Below, piece after piece: positions 25,031 to 39,275 of a DNA stretch of 64,000 bases; position 1 is the stretch's first letter; every line of letters starts with the position of its first letter. The stretch is from Cyanophora paradoxa CCMP329 (lineage: Eukaryota; Plantae; Glaucophyta), in NCBI GenBank assembly GCA_004431415.1, contig QPMI01000437.1, positions 124,001-188,000 on the forward strand, in the 5' to 3' direction. Made by a program: the position numbers and the translations under genes. The notes under the pieces were generated by a model. It was not told where the DNA came from. It worked only from the letters and a program-made list of their open reading frames with translations, and did no database searches.

Positions 25031-26563
25031 GCGCGTTTATAAATAATTTCCCGGACTGGCCATGGCAATGGGCAGTGAGACGGGGAGCGCGCGGGGCTGC
25101 GGAAGCCTACATAGCATCGGCCGCGGACTTGTCCTAACTATAGGCCTGGCCATGGGCTGCGAACCTCGAACGGAATGGGAGCGGGTGCTGCTGTGCGGTT
25201 CGACGAGGTCGATGGTCAGCAGGTGATCGATGAGGCGCACGCGGAGGCCGCGCACATGTACACGTGCACGGATCGGATCCTAGCGGTCAGCGCTGGTTTC
25301 TAGTGGCCCGCAAATCAAGATCTAGACTTCGAGAGGTCTTCAAAGCTTGGCTTTAGCCGCACCTGCCGGTAGGCTCGCGGCTGCTGCGTAGCCTGCGTTG
25401 AGAATGAGGGGTGCCGGCGCGGGCAGCTTTGTGGATCAGGCTCTGGAAGACTGTGTACCCAGGGAGACAGCCTCCTACAAGCTTCCACCTCGAAAGCTTG
25501 TACCTCGAAAGTTTTGCTCGCCGAGTCGGCCAGTTCGCAACACGATTCGTGCTTTAGGCTTCATGTGCATGATCAAGCTTATAATTAAGGCTTCGAATTC
25601 ATGATCATATGCTTCATGATCATCGATATCGGATCAGCCTTCCGAAGTTCAGGCTTCAGGGCTAGCTAGCGCTCACGTGCAGGCATGCCGCAGTGCGCAG
25701 CCCGGGCGGCCACAGGACTATTTGCTGACTAGTACTGCAGCACCGGTACGTATACGGCGGTACCGCCCGGTGGGGCCGGTACGGCGCGGGCGCCGCGGAA
25801 TTCGATCTAGTACGTATACGCGGCCGTATATACGCCGCCGGTTCTACGGCACCCGCGGGCCGCGCGGAGGCATGCGCAGGCGCCGGCTCAGGCAGCTAGC
25901 CGCTGAGCTTGCAGCTTGCAGCAGTTTCCAATTCATCAAGTTGGCACTGCTCGATGTCGGACCGTACCCCCGCGCGCTCGGCTAGTGCAGGGGCTTCTTG
26001 CAATTGCAAGCTGAAGATATTATAGCGAGATCTGGAGGCCCTGAGGCGCAAGATCTAGCTCTAGAATTCGAAGATTGCAATCGGACGCACTACGTTACGC
26101 GAGCTAGTAGATGCAAAATGACACAAAAGTTTATAATTATCGCGCTATTACGAAGACTAGCTAGACTCGAGATACAGATGCAAGCATGAAGATACATTGA
26201 ATCTCGCAATCGCAAGCTCGTCGTCGGATGCAACGACGACGACTAACGATCCAATTGCAAAAGATCATGAAATTGATGCCCTACCACGAGGCCTAAGCTA
26301 TAGCTATCTTGAGCGGCGCGGCCAGGCCTAACATGACAAATTAAATGAAATGAAATTGAGTTTATTTCGAAGCTCGAAGCGTATTTACACGTCGAACTCC
26401 GGGGCCGCCGAGGCGTGGCGGTGCTGGAGGGTGCCCGCGGCCTCCTCCTCGGGGTGGATGAGGGCGATGGTCGAGGCGGAGCGGCCACGGCCGGTGCCGT
26501 CGAGCGCGCCCGACGCCGGGGCGACGTTCTGAGAAATACGTCAGCGATTCTCATATATATAGA

Positions 26564-26789
26564 TCTAGATCTAGAGTTCAAAACTGAGGCTAGCGCTCTA
26601 GATCTAGATCTCAGTCTCAGTCTCAGCTCTAGATCTAAACTGAGGCTATGCATAGATCTCAGTCTAGATCTAGAGTTCAAAACTGAGGCTAGCGCTCTAG
26701 ATCTAGATCTCAGTCTCAGTCTCAGCTCTAGATCTAAACTGAGGCTATGCATAGATCTCAGTCTAGATCCAGAGTTCAAAACTGAGGCT
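26564..26789. repeat. Tandem repeat, about 2.3 x 99 bp
   Basis: tctagatc(t/c)agagttcaaaactgaggct starts at 26564, 26663 and 26762. Confidence 0.95.
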
Positions 26790-27065
26790 CATGATCACCA
26801 GGGTGTGCGCGTTGTTGCGGCTGCCGACGGCGGCCATGCCGGGCGAGCGGACCTGGTTGCGGGTGATGACCACCGCCGCGAGGACGGCGCCGATGGCGAG
26901 GCATGCGAGCTCGGCTTCTATATATACAGGATCGACGAAGGGGAAATTAACGTGGATATCGATACAAAAGACGCGGATAAACAAAGACAGGCAAAGACAG
27001 GCCTAAATTATTTAAAGATTAAAACCACTCGCCGGATCTCATAGTCAAATTATAATCATGGTCGA

Positions 27066-30000
27066 TCAAAGCTGGACGGAAACGGATCCATTCTGAGTGA
27101 CAGGATGCTCGGGATTCGAAGGTGACCCCTCCGCCGCCCCGACATGATACAGGCTGCAATGGCATGCAAACGATCAAATTTAAATGGCAAGAGGAGGCTC
27201 AGATGTAATGCGCGAAGCTCACCGGGGCACGCTCCCGCGCTCGACAGAGCCGGGACCAATGAAGACCACGTCGTTCTTGCCCTTGGCAGCTGCAGCGCTG
27301 GCGCGCTCGCAAAATGCCGCGTACTCCTTGCCCGTCTGGTCGCCGTGGAGCTTCGGATCGACACAATTTTCGGGGCTTCCCAGATCTAGATCTGGAGCGC
27401 TGGCTCCAAGTTTCGGCCAGAGTTTCTGCACGCACAAATTAAAGTTGCCGTCGGTGCTCTGAGCGTTGGAGTATTCGAGCGAAATGCGCAATCGTACCGT
27501 GGTGGTTCGTCTAACCCAAACGTAGATGGCAATCGCACAGGCGACGGCCTTGAGCGCGCCCTCCCCCAGCGCGAGGACATCGGCAGCCGCGTCCAGCGGC
27601 GTCGTCCGCTGCAGCCGGTCGACGAGTAGATAAACCTGCGCATGCAAAAAACCGCGATCGAGACGCTGGCTTCGCGGACATTGCGTGTTGCAGAACAGTC
27701 GGCACCTGGCTTGGCTTGAACTTGGCGCGGAACGTGACTACTGCTTCGGCGCACTCGGATGCAGCACGGCCCGGCGGACAGACGACCTGCAAGGTACAGA
27801 TAAGTGCAAGTAATCAGACGTTGATTTCAATAGTATAATTGCGCACGAAGCTGAGCGGGTTGCGTTCCGCGAGCTCGGTCGCAGACGAGGAGACGGCCGC
27901 GTGGTACCGCGGGCTGCCGTCGGCAGCGGAAGTAAAGTGCATAGCTTTTTTTTCGGTCAGTAATAAGGACAATCGAGCGTTCTTCAAGTTCAAAACGTAC
28001 GCGTGAGGTCGACGGGAACGTCGATATGGTCCTTGCCACGAAAAACGGAATCCTCAGCCGTCGTCGTAATGATGCCGTCCAGGGTGACGCTGTAGGGGAC
28101 CTGCAAACAAATTAAATAACGGCGTTCAACGAATTCAAGTAGAGAAAAATATCGGAGCACCTTCATGGAATACAGAACAGACACGGCAAAGGCGAGCGAG
28201 GAGCGGAGCCTAAGCGTCACGTGAATGCCGTCGTTAGCCGCAATCCTGCGATAACTATGAATTCGGAACGCACGCCTCAAGAATATAGATTGCAATGCAA
28301 GAGATCGGTTTCGCTGTGCACCGGCACTGAAGGCACACCCAGGAGACCTTGCAGGAGCGCCCGCCGTCCACCTGCTCGAATGCCGACTGACCCTGACCCC
28401 CAAAGCCGGCCACGTCGATCGACGCATCGCTGTTGTCGCACGGTCCACCATAGCCGCGGAAGGTGGCGCTAACACCGAAGAGGCCTGTAATGGCGCCCGC
28501 CGACGGGCTCGTCCCAGGGTTCTGAAGCCGCAGAAGAAAATCAGCCGCAGAAGATTATTTCAAATTGCAATTGAAGAAGAAAAAATCAGGAGCTATCATA
28601 TGCATATGCATGATCACCAGCGACTGCACGATCTGCGGGCGACGTGTTCACGTGACTCACGTCAGCTTCGATTCCGTTGCATGTCAGTTTCTCGAACGCA
28701 TTTGACGCACGGTATAGTTAGCTTGCTTGTACTGCACGACGACAAACGACACTGCACAGTGGATGATCCGATGATCAGCGAGTCAACTACACGTAGCTAT
28801 AGACAATAGTGGGCGGCACTCGCCTGCCACTGCGACAGCAAGAGCGGCGACGATCGTGAAGTATCCCCCGTACACCGACTTTCTCTCCGCCTTCGAATTC
28901 GATACCTTGTAATTGACGTCCGTGTCGCTGCTGTCGCTGTCGGCTTCAATCCGCCTGTGCTTGGCCTCCTCCTTGAACAAGAAATGCATCCAACGGAGCC
29001 TGCTGATGCGCGCCTGTTTCGACTCAGGCGATGTGCCAGGGAACCAGAGGCATCCGACAAAGACGAGCGCGAGCATGGCCACGCCGATGAGCACACCGAT
29101 TCCGACCCACATGAATGTCTGCGCGGGCACTGCCGGGTCGAGCGCCGCCGCCGTTTCAAGTGCAAGGCAGACGCTGCACCTTATTGACGCTGTCAAGGGT
29201 CCCATGCTCCGTCTTGACGACGGGCTGCGTCACGCTGACGCTGTTCTGAGCGTACTTGAATTCCTCCGTCTGCGTCTCTATTTCGGTTCCGGATCCTCCG
29301 GTCTGCAGCAGACGCCGCGCCCCGAGGGCAAACGCATTCGCGAGCCGGCGCGCGCGTCCAGCCGCTGGCTGCGAACGGGAAGGCGCTGTCGTAGTCCTAT
29401 CCATCCGTAGTGAGACGTCAATTGGCTCCGCAGTCGCTGACAGAGAGGAGTCAGCTCCGCGAGGCGGAATCGAAGCAGCACTGCATGCATCGCACCGACG
29501 GGACAAAGCTTGCCCGAGGGGCACGAAAGACACTCGGTCGCACCAGGGTCCGCCGCGAAAGTGCCAAATGGGCTTCGAAAACGATCAAGCGACTGCGACT
29601 GCGCATGGAGGAGGAGAAAGAGTGTACCACGGCGTGCACTCCGTCAAGTTGCCGCTGCGGAAGGTGCCCGCATCGCAGGGCCGGCACTCGAGTCCGTCCT
29701 CAGAAATGGTGCCGTCCGAGCAACGGACACACGTCTCGGCGCCAGTTGACGACCAGAAGTTCGGCGAACACTTCCTGCACTCCGGGCTACCGAGCGGCGC
29801 GTATCGACCGCGCGGGCACGGTTCCTGCAAAGCGAACAGTCAGAAATCGAAGACAGAGACACAATATTTTAATCAGGTGCGCACGCATCCGAGTCGTTCG
29901 GCATTCGCAACGCTGCCAGCAGAACAGAGCTGTCCGAATTCAAATCTCAGGCACCGCGTAATCAGTTGACTAAAAGCTCAAGGGCAGCACACCTCGCAGC

Positions 30001-33000
30001 TCGCCATGCCTTCGCGGGCGGCTGTGGAATTGGACGGGCACAGCTGACACGCGGACCCGGTCGGATCGGGCACCCGGCCTGCCCCACAGACTGCGAGATT
30101 GCTAGAGTGATCATGCGCGCGCGGTGATACCGCTCTGAGAGCTCGAGTGTGCGCAGAGGCGAAGCAAACCAGAACACGAAATCCTGTCCTCTCGGGCGAT
30201 CTTGCCAGGGGGGCTGCACGAACACAATCATTCAATGCAGCATGCATATAAAAGGCTGCACGGCGGCGCCTGTCGCGCACCAGAAGGAGCACGACGAGCT
30301 TGCAAACTTGTCCGTGTACCGGCCCTGCGCTTGGAGTTTGAGCTGCATCTAGAGCTTGAGCTCGAACTGAATCGGGAAGCAACATCGTGCCTGCGGGCAC
30401 TGCTCGCACACGCTCATGCCGGCGTCTCGGAAAGTGCCCTGCACGTGCACAAAATTGGATGAGCATCCACAGAGCCCAAAATCAGAAAATGCTCAGAAAA
30501 TGCACACCGGGTTGCAGGCGTCGCACGCGCTGAAGTCGCTACGCGAGTACGTTCCCAGGCCGCAGGGAACACAAACAGTGCTGCCAAGCTCGCTCGCGAC
30601 GGTGTTTGGTGGGCACTGGACGCGGCCACGTCGGAAACAGAGAGCGAAAAGCCTTCAGGGTAGAGGCTCACTTGCTCGCAACTTGAGCTGCCGTTCCGCA
30701 TGAACGTGCCGCGGTCGCATGGTATGCATTTCGTCCTGTTGCAAGCGAGGGACCAGCGTCAGTTCAAACAAGGGGAGCCGTGCGCGATGTGAGAGCTGTG
30801 AAGGGAATGCGGATGCACCCGTCAGGCGACGCGTAATGCCCTCGTGGACACGAAGGGCACTCACGGTACGTCCTCGGCGGCGAGTATGTGCCCTGCGCTT
30901 GCCATCAGTGGTTTGCAATTGCGTCTCTTGAGTGCAAGCTGGCTGGCAGGACTCGCCGGTTTGCACGGGAAGCAGCTGTTCTGGTCTTCAGGCTGGTACG
31001 TGCCGGCTGTGATGCAATTATGAGACTTTGAACTATAAAATGTCAAGCCTAGAGAAGCGATCTAGAGAATCATGGCACCCGGACAGTCAATGCATCGCGT
31101 CTGATCGTCGTTCGCGATTCGCCCCTGAAAAGGTTCGATTGGCCGTAATCTTGTGCAACTGCAGTGTAATTCTAGATCTAGATCTCACCTTGTCGCACTT
31201 CTGGCACTCGACGCTCCCCAGCGACGTGGAGACGTGGCCCTGCGCAGAAGAGTGAATGTACGGCGCTGGCAAGCAACTGTGAAGGTCACGAAAATAAAAC
31301 TCGTACGTTTGGACATGGGCGACAAATTCCCTCCCGCTCAAAGAAACCGGCAGGACACGGCCTGCACTGTGTCCGGTCGTCGGAACTCTCGCTTCCACGG
31401 TCGCTGCGCTCAATCGCGATGACGTCAACGTTAGGCTTCGGCTGGTGTAGTTTCGGTGGATGCATATGAAGGCACCAGGGAGAGCAACTGGTGGCGCCAG
31501 CGGCTGGAGTGTAGAAGCGGAAAGGGCACTAAAAAGAAGGAGGGTGCTGGTGCATGAGCCGATTGCAAGATTCAATGACCGAGCATGTGCAAGAGGGGAG
31601 CCGCTTACTTGGGCGCAGCTTGCAACGCTTGCATTGCGGAAAGTCCCCTGAGGACAAGGCTAGAACAACGTAGATTAAATGACAATGGCGGCTCAAAACG
31701 CATCGTAACGCGCACAACGCAATTTTGCCTGTCCATCGACGCGATTTGTCCGCCGGGGCAGGCAGTGCACTCCTTCGCGCCGGTTGCGGGCGTGACGGTG
31801 TTGATTGGACATTCGTAGCAGCTTCCATCCTTTGGATAGAAGCCCGCTCTGCACGGCTCGCAGGACTACAGCGCAGGCCGATGTCATAAGCGAGAGAACT
31901 ACGTGCATGAATGAAGGTGCACATGCGGCACGTCGCACCGTGCGCTCGACGTTCGACATCGCGCCGTCTGGACAAGGTGTGCAGAGACTAGCCCCGCCAC
32001 CACTGTTGTATGTGCCGGTGGGGCAGATGGCGCAGTTGCTCATGCTGCCTGTGCGGTAGCGGCCCGGCATGCACCTGGGAGCAGAAATTTAATTTGAAAT
32101 ATTTCTAATCTTGCGAAAGTTGTGAATTCAGAGATTGCGCACGGCTCGCATGTCTGCTTGTCATCGCTGGCGATGTAGCCTTCGTCACTGCCGTCCGGAA
32201 GTAGAGTTCAATTTTACGCAGGGGCTGCAAACCAAGCTGTAAATGTAGGATGAAGCGGCGTGCACCAAGGCTCGCATGTCGTTGCAGCATTAAGAGAGTT
32301 CCGTGAGTTTCCGAAGCAAGGCCGGCACACCCCTTCCTGCTCGAAATTACCTTTGCCTGCCGCGACGGTGGGCTGATCATTAACTTGGTGGTCGCAAACC
32401 GCATGTAGCTCACCGCACGCAACACACGTCGATGTATCTGCGCTTGGCACATAACCGGCCGCGCAAGCTTCGTACGTGCTACTGCCGGCCTTTGCCACTG
32501 TTCTTTCGGGCACACTAGTACATGAATGCATGCTCGCATTGCGATACGTGCCAGCCGGACAAAGAAGGCACTGTTGACTGTCCGCAGACGCCACCGAGCC
32601 TTCGTCACACGCCGTGCAGTTCACCGAGCCAAAACGTGGCGCGATGTGGTTTGGCGGGCAGCTGCACGGCAGCTTGGTCATTAGTGTACCTTGAGCTGTC
32701 CTGCATAGGGCCGGGGGCGCACCTCTCGCAGACATCGCCGGTCTGGAACTTGCCGCGCGGGCACTCGACACACTCGCTGCGGCCTGCGGATGGGACCCAC
32801 CCGCTTTTGCACACCGTGAACATTGTAGAATTCTCCGGTGCAGCCGCTCGCGAAGGAACCGCCACACAATAAGTCATGTCGATTCCTCGGTAAGTACCTG
32901 CAGCAAAGATTTATCTAAATTACCCGTGGAAGTCAAGCCATGAACACGAACCTTGACTACACGGGATGCATTGCTGTGAGTCGGGTGTTGCGACCTCGCC

Positions 33001-36000
33001 AAGGTTACAGGGACGGCACGTTTCTGACGCCTCTTCTGGTGCAATCCAGTTGACAGGGCACCTGACGCAGTTCCCGCTGATTTTGTACGTGCCCTTTGGA
33101 CACCTCGCACAGGACTCCCGCGTTTCGTCTGGGACCCAGCCTGGATCGCAAATTTTGTAGGTGGACGAGCCGCGCTGCGCGGTTGCGCCGACAGGGACTG
33201 ATCGACATGTGGACATGCTCGAATTTCGATACGTTCCTGCGGACGTTCCTGTTCACGATCTTACGAGTAACGAAGTCTGAACGTGCAAGCGCACCAGCCT
33301 CGCAAGGTATGCACGACTGCGCGTCATCCGCAGCGACATGGCCCTCTACGCACGGCTCGCACGTAACGCTGCCCTCGTACGACGACCTCGTGAGGATTGG
33401 GCACCTGCAGTTGCAAGCAAGTCGAATCGCAGCGACTTGCAATTGGCGAATCCTTTCGAAAATGGAACTGACCGGATGCATGACTCTCCCTTTTGATAAT
33501 AACCTGCGCACACACGCGTTATACTTAGGTCGAGTTGTGCGTAATGTGAAGATCGAGTGGAAAGCTCACCGGCGCTGCAGTTGAAGCACTCGCTCCGTGA
33601 TAGATTCGGCACAGAGCCATTGGCGCACCGCGTAAAGTTTGATGAACCCTTTAACGAATACGACCCTGACGGTACTGGCAGGCAGGATGGCAAGTCAGCC
33701 GGTCTATATGTTCCTGCGAGATTGCAATTGCCAATCAAAATCCGTGACCGAACGTTTCCAATCAATCGAAATTGATGGTTCGACGCCAGCACCTGGGCTA
33801 CAGTCGAGGCATGTTTGAAAGTCCGCGGCGGCAACTTGGCCTGCAGGGCATTTCATGCAGGCCGTCTTCCCCTCATCCGAAGCATATTCGTTGAGATTGC
33901 AGCTGCGCTCTGAAGTAAGGGTATACTTTTGAATGATGGACGGAAAGAAAGAAATACGCACCGTTCACATGCTGTCTTGTTCGGGGCTAGGAATGTGCCC
34001 TTGGGACTGCGCAAGCTCGAGCGTCGACCGCGGACAATGCCTAGTACGAACGGGCGGCAGACCATTTACTGCATGCCCCGGAGGCCCCGAATGAAACCTT
34101 GCCAGTATCGCCTATGATCTCGAACAAACCAGGAAATCAGTGGAAAAGAAAAAGAACACGACGAAGATGAGAAGACGAAGGAAAAGGCGAAAGAGAAAGG
34201 GAGAGAGGGGAGGACATGGCCAGCGCGCCGCCACCAGCGGCGGGGACCGGGGGGCAGAGACAGCGGCAGAATGGCGGCGAGGGTACGGTAATAATAAAAA
34301 AGGAAAAGATATGAGGGGAAGAAAGCGCAGGCAGAGACAGCGGCAGGATGGCGGCGAGGGTATGGCAATAATTAAATAGGAAAAGATGTGAGGGGAAGAA
34401 AGCGCACATGGCTTGCACTGCGAGATGCCGAGCGCGCCTGCCGTTTTAAGTGTGCCAGTGTTAGGCTTGCGACGGGTCTGATAGTTTTATATAATTAGGC
34501 TGCTAGGGGCACAGACCCTCGGTAGAGTATGTCATCGGAGGGCATGGAGAGCAGATGGTAGCTCCTCTGTACGGCAAATAGTATCCCGCAATGCATGCTG
34601 CCGTAGGATTACGAGCCGATGGAGGAACGCAACTTCAGGCTCGAGAGACGTATATTTATACTTACTCTTGCAGTCGGTACTCCAGCCAGCCGACTCTGTG
34701 TATGCGTTCGCAGCACATGGTGCGCAAGGCTGAGATGGGCTTTTCGAGTAGGTTCCCAGGGGACACTCTGGCATCTCCGTTATTTGCATGGAATATCGGG
34801 CTTAAGCTCATATTGGGGAATTCGAAAATGCGCACGGAAACAGTTCTCACTCAGTGAAGTGCTCAGTCGATACGAGCCGGGATCACAAGGCTGGCCTGGC
34901 ATCGTGCGCTCTAGTCACGATAATCACAATAAGTTTTATGGAAATTCGACTTACATGAGGTGCTGCCCGGCAGCGAGAATGTCCCGTCAGGACACAAAGG
35001 AGCCTCTTTTTCGCTTATGAGCCTGCCTTTTGAGCTTGCGCGCCCTGATGCTGTTTCAGCTACAGAACACAATGATGTTGTCGCAGATATGCTTGCTTAC
35101 CAGCTGGGAGTGGAAGGCAGTTTGGCCCGTCCCCTCCGCTTTTCAGAGATCCATAGTTAGAGTACTGCAGGGTCGATTCGACAAGATTGATCTGATTTTC
35201 AGAGCGACTGGCTATAGAATTTAAACGAACCTGTCCTGGTGGGCACTCCGTGTATAATTTGATGATCTTTGCCCTGTCCGATCGCTCGGGAATTGCTCGG
35301 TCGATGTGAAGAAACTATTAGTACTAACGGAGTTTCCGTGTACAACACGATGTAGTCCAGCTCATTGTAAGGTTCTTCGTACGCGAAATCCATTCCGAGA
35401 CGATTTGGAGTTGCGCGAAGGTGTTGCATTAGCCTGCGAGTGTTGCATGATCGAAACTATCCCCGATATAGAAATGCAAGACAAATTGCGATCGGCTCAC
35501 CACCCCCAATCATTTATCACCAGACCGCCTCTGCGCGAGCAAATGATCGTTTATTTAACAACCTCATTGCATTCATGCCAGACGTACGTGATTTGAAGTG
35601 GAATCATTGATGCAGAAAGTACTTCGACGGGCTTGAGGTTGCTGAAAACTCCAGGGGTTTCACAGTCGTCAATCTGTGTGCGGACTATTAAAATTTAGCG
35701 CTGCAGCCGGGTAGCCGGTCATTCTCAGTGACCCTTATGAGGACTGTTGACGGCACTTGCGATCGGAACGAGATTCGTCGCAGCCTCGAGGGTTTAGAGA
35801 GGTAGAACTTTTCGCCAGTTCGACCGCTTAGTGTATCTTCAGCGCCTGTATTCGAGGTATGTCTGTGTATTTGTATATCGATATCATGCATACGCGTCAG
35901 CAAATGACAATAACCATAGGTCATGCAGATCGCACCGTTCACGGAATATGTAGATCGTTCCTGAGGCGGAAATTTGATCACGAAAGTAAGTGAATGAACT

Positions 36001-39000
36001 TCAGCTTTAGTTGCAATAGTACTAGTTTCTTACCCGATTTATAAGCGACCGCTGGTACAGAGTACCAAGTACAGCTGGTAGCTTCGCCAATCGGTTCTTC
36101 GGATGTGTCCCTCCCAAAGAGCCACAAGCGGTCATTCGTGGTGGGCGCGCCTCCGGATCCTGCCATACCGCTCTGGAAGCGTGACGGACGTCTGTGCAGC
36201 GCACTTAGACATTAATATTGCCTGTGATTACCGGCGTTTTCATATATAATAGATGCCGCGTAACGCTCACCGTAGCCGGATAACCTGCAAATTTGAACGG
36301 AAATGCTCGCTCCATTTGCGAAAGGGAATCGACGTATGCATGTACCTCATCACCAAGCACGAAAAAGGAGAATTGCAGTCCTTCTATCCACTTTCCCTCC
36401 AACGCCTGAAGCAGCCATCGCGCGCATGTTACATTTGCAATGGCGACTCAACTTGAAATCCACGAGTCTCACCCCAATACCAGAGCCCGCTTCTCCAGTG
36501 TATCCATTTTGCAGAATTTGGGGCCGATGGTACGATATGGTGCGGTGAGTCAGCTTGATCGGAGCCTGAGCAGGTGCAACCGTCGAGCTCTCCTGGTAGA
36601 TATTCCACGTCCACGCGTGTATTGCGACTTTGAAAGTGAGATCATACCAGTCGTAATTGAGAGACCAATCACTATTTTGAAACCCTTTCTCATAGATAGC
36701 GCGAGAGCCATTTTGAAATAACGGCAGTCTGCGTGAATTCATTCAGCCATTAATATTGCGAGGAAGAACGAACAAATACAGCTGACCGGACAATCGCATG
36801 GTAAGTGAGGGGACCGCTCTTTCGCATCCGAGGGTCTACAGCCATCGCCAGCACGGCAGCGCTGGGCGGCAAATAGGCACTGCTTGTGAAGCCATTAGCA
36901 TCTCTTGCCATCGTAGCACTGGTTGCGGCGATTAGGGGGTCGAGTGTGCCCCATACAATGAATCTCATGATCACGAGAAAGAAAAGAAGGCACTCGGTTA
37001 TGGTGTACGATTCGTTCGCGTGTTTGGAGTGTCCAGCCAGACCAAGTCCGTACTTGTCAATGTGGTTGTAGATTTCGAGTTCGAGGGACGTACCCCGCCC
37101 AGTTGACCTGTCACTCAGACGGCAGAGCTTGAGGCGAGGAATAACCTTGGCGTTCGTGCCAGCCTCGAATCCGAGGAAGGACCCGAAGTAGGCAACACCC
37201 CTGCAGTCATTCTAAGCTCTTCCAACTCTTATAGCAATAAAACAATTCGTGTCCGTGCCTTTGCCAAAATGAGAACATCCTCAAATCCATTAAATATGCT
37301 GGTCCGTTACGCAGGACGCCGCCGAAAGAAGAACTTGCAGGTTCGTCGGCCCCTATCCACGATGTTCAGACTTTTTTAGCCCGACCAGGTTCCGGGTAGA
37401 AACGCACATATTGTGCAACCCAGCGAAGACTCTGTGCTGAACGGGCTAATGACGCGACTTTTCAATGCCTTTTCAGCAGCAGCGTAAAAAGTGGAAGGGA
37501 AGCTGGAATCTTGCACTCTTCTCATCATCGGTCCGAACACGTTCGTCTGATTTGAATTAGATCAGACTGAAATCTTTCGGAATGCATGCGGCCGCGGATA
37601 CGTACATGTAGCAGATATCCGCGCGTTGCAAGCCCCGATGAATCTATTGCGGGCTTTGTGTCGAGGGCAAGCATATTGTCGATGAGATAACGCCATTTGA
37701 GCCTGCATTTGAGGTCAGCCATGTCCAGCGAGTTCTTCATGATCATCATATATATATCAAAAAAAAGTTGCACTTCGACAGGTCCAGTTTGTAGGCGTCG
37801 GCCTTCACTGTCAAATCTGCAGGTATGTACTCTAATTTCGCACCACTGTCCGAAAAAGCAACTTCCGATGCGTCCGCCCCGATAGCTGCCATGTACGTCC
37901 TTAGCTCGAAGTACGGTGCGATCCAGCTGATCATGATCGTGGTAACGATATCGATGCGATGGAGTAGTTTGTGGATCAGAGCGATTACAACAAGCTTAAG
38001 CTTAAGAACGAGATGCAGCGCTCACCGAGGATCTGATACAGTGTTGTTCACGAAATTGAAGGGATTACACTCGCACGGCTGATTAACGCCCTGGCACAGC
38101 TTTTGATACTCGGAAGCATTGAGGAAGTTTTTCCATTTGTACTGCAGGCCATAACGCATTAAATTGACGCATGTGCATGTTGCATATGTATGTATAAATG
38201 TGCAGTCAATTTGCAAGAAAACCTTGCGCACCGAGGAATTCTCCAAAGGTCTAGGATAGACTTCCGGTGCGTCGCACCACGAAAAGGTAATCGTTTGGTA
38301 AGGATTCGACCGAGGGCAAGTGCAAGCTGCGCAGATCCGGATCCGGAGTGAAACTCATGATATCGACCATTACCTCAATTTATGTAGTGATATATAGCGT
38401 CTGCTTATGCGGCTCGGCCTGGCACGCACCAAACGCCATATTAACCCACCACATGCCGTGCCAGTGCAAGCAGTCGTAGGCTGAAGCATATGTGCCGGTG
38501 CATTCTCGTGAGCCGGGACAGCTTCCTCCTGCATATTTGACTTCGTAAGCATTGAATCCCGAAATGTTGTGCCATGCCTGGTCCGACTCGTCGTAGATGC
38601 TGTGGTTTCCAAAGCCAGCGAATCCTTGGAGCTCGACCGGCACGGCCTGCGGCTGTCCACTTGCACTTTTGGACGCCCAGCTGCTTACTCCCTTCAAATT
38701 TGATATGTCTCCCACATAATCGCCGCGAACGTCAAAATCCTGGGAAATCCTCAGACGAGCGGCGCTCCGCTTGCGATCCGGAGCTTCAAACTTACACGGC
38801 CCGGAAAAGGGGTGAAGGAAGTGAACGCGAATTCGGTGGGCGCAAATCCTCTCACCTGCGCATGCAGAATACACAAAATGAGCTCACTCTTGAAATGGAT
38901 ATGTGGTCATATTAAGCAAGCGCGCCTCGCTGGGATCGGCAAGGACAACAGACGAGATGCACAGGCTTGCATCAAGGTCCCACTCGCACATCATCAACTC

Positions 39001-39275
39001 GCCGCCCCACGTGCGGCCGATGATGACGAGGCGGGGCGCGTTGTTCGCCACGGTCTCTGTCCCGAGGAAGGAAAGCTTGTCCACGAACAGAATGTCTCTG
39101 AACACCTGGATTCCAACCCTTTCCGAGTTGGCTGCACTCGAAGTGAGACGCATCATGATCATGAGTCATGATCACTTGCAATTCGAGCTAAAGAACGCAC
39201 TCTGACAGGATGCAGCACCAAAGAGCGACATGATCATGATCATGAGGAGGAAGCCAGCTACATGCATATGCATAT
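27066..39275 (-). CDS. Very large multi-exon membrane protein: signal peptide, unknown N-terminal region, long Cys-rich GCC2/GCC3 (ephrin-receptor-like) repeat array, RRLL site, about 3 TM segments
   Basis: Hydrophobic start VAGFLLMIMIMSLFGAASC; dozens of CxxCxxG(T/Y) units across ~29590-34790; ARRLLQ (~29305); TM FMWVGIGVLIGVAMLALVFVGCLWF (~29040-29115); second hydrophobic stretch VYGGYFTIVAALAVAVA (~28825-28875); third LKAVACAIAIYVWV (~27515-27555); last exon ends ..SVSVQL-stop. Confidence 0.8.
34255..34407. repeat. Intronic tandem duplication, about 2 x 77 bp
   Basis: cagagacagcggcag(a/g)atggcggcgagggta..ggaaaagat(a/g)tgaggggaagaaagcgca occurs twice in tandem. Confidence 0.85.

Noticed and set aside
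26243-27044. ORFs with 33-aa repeats
   Set aside because: Translation of the intronic 99-bp tandem repeat.
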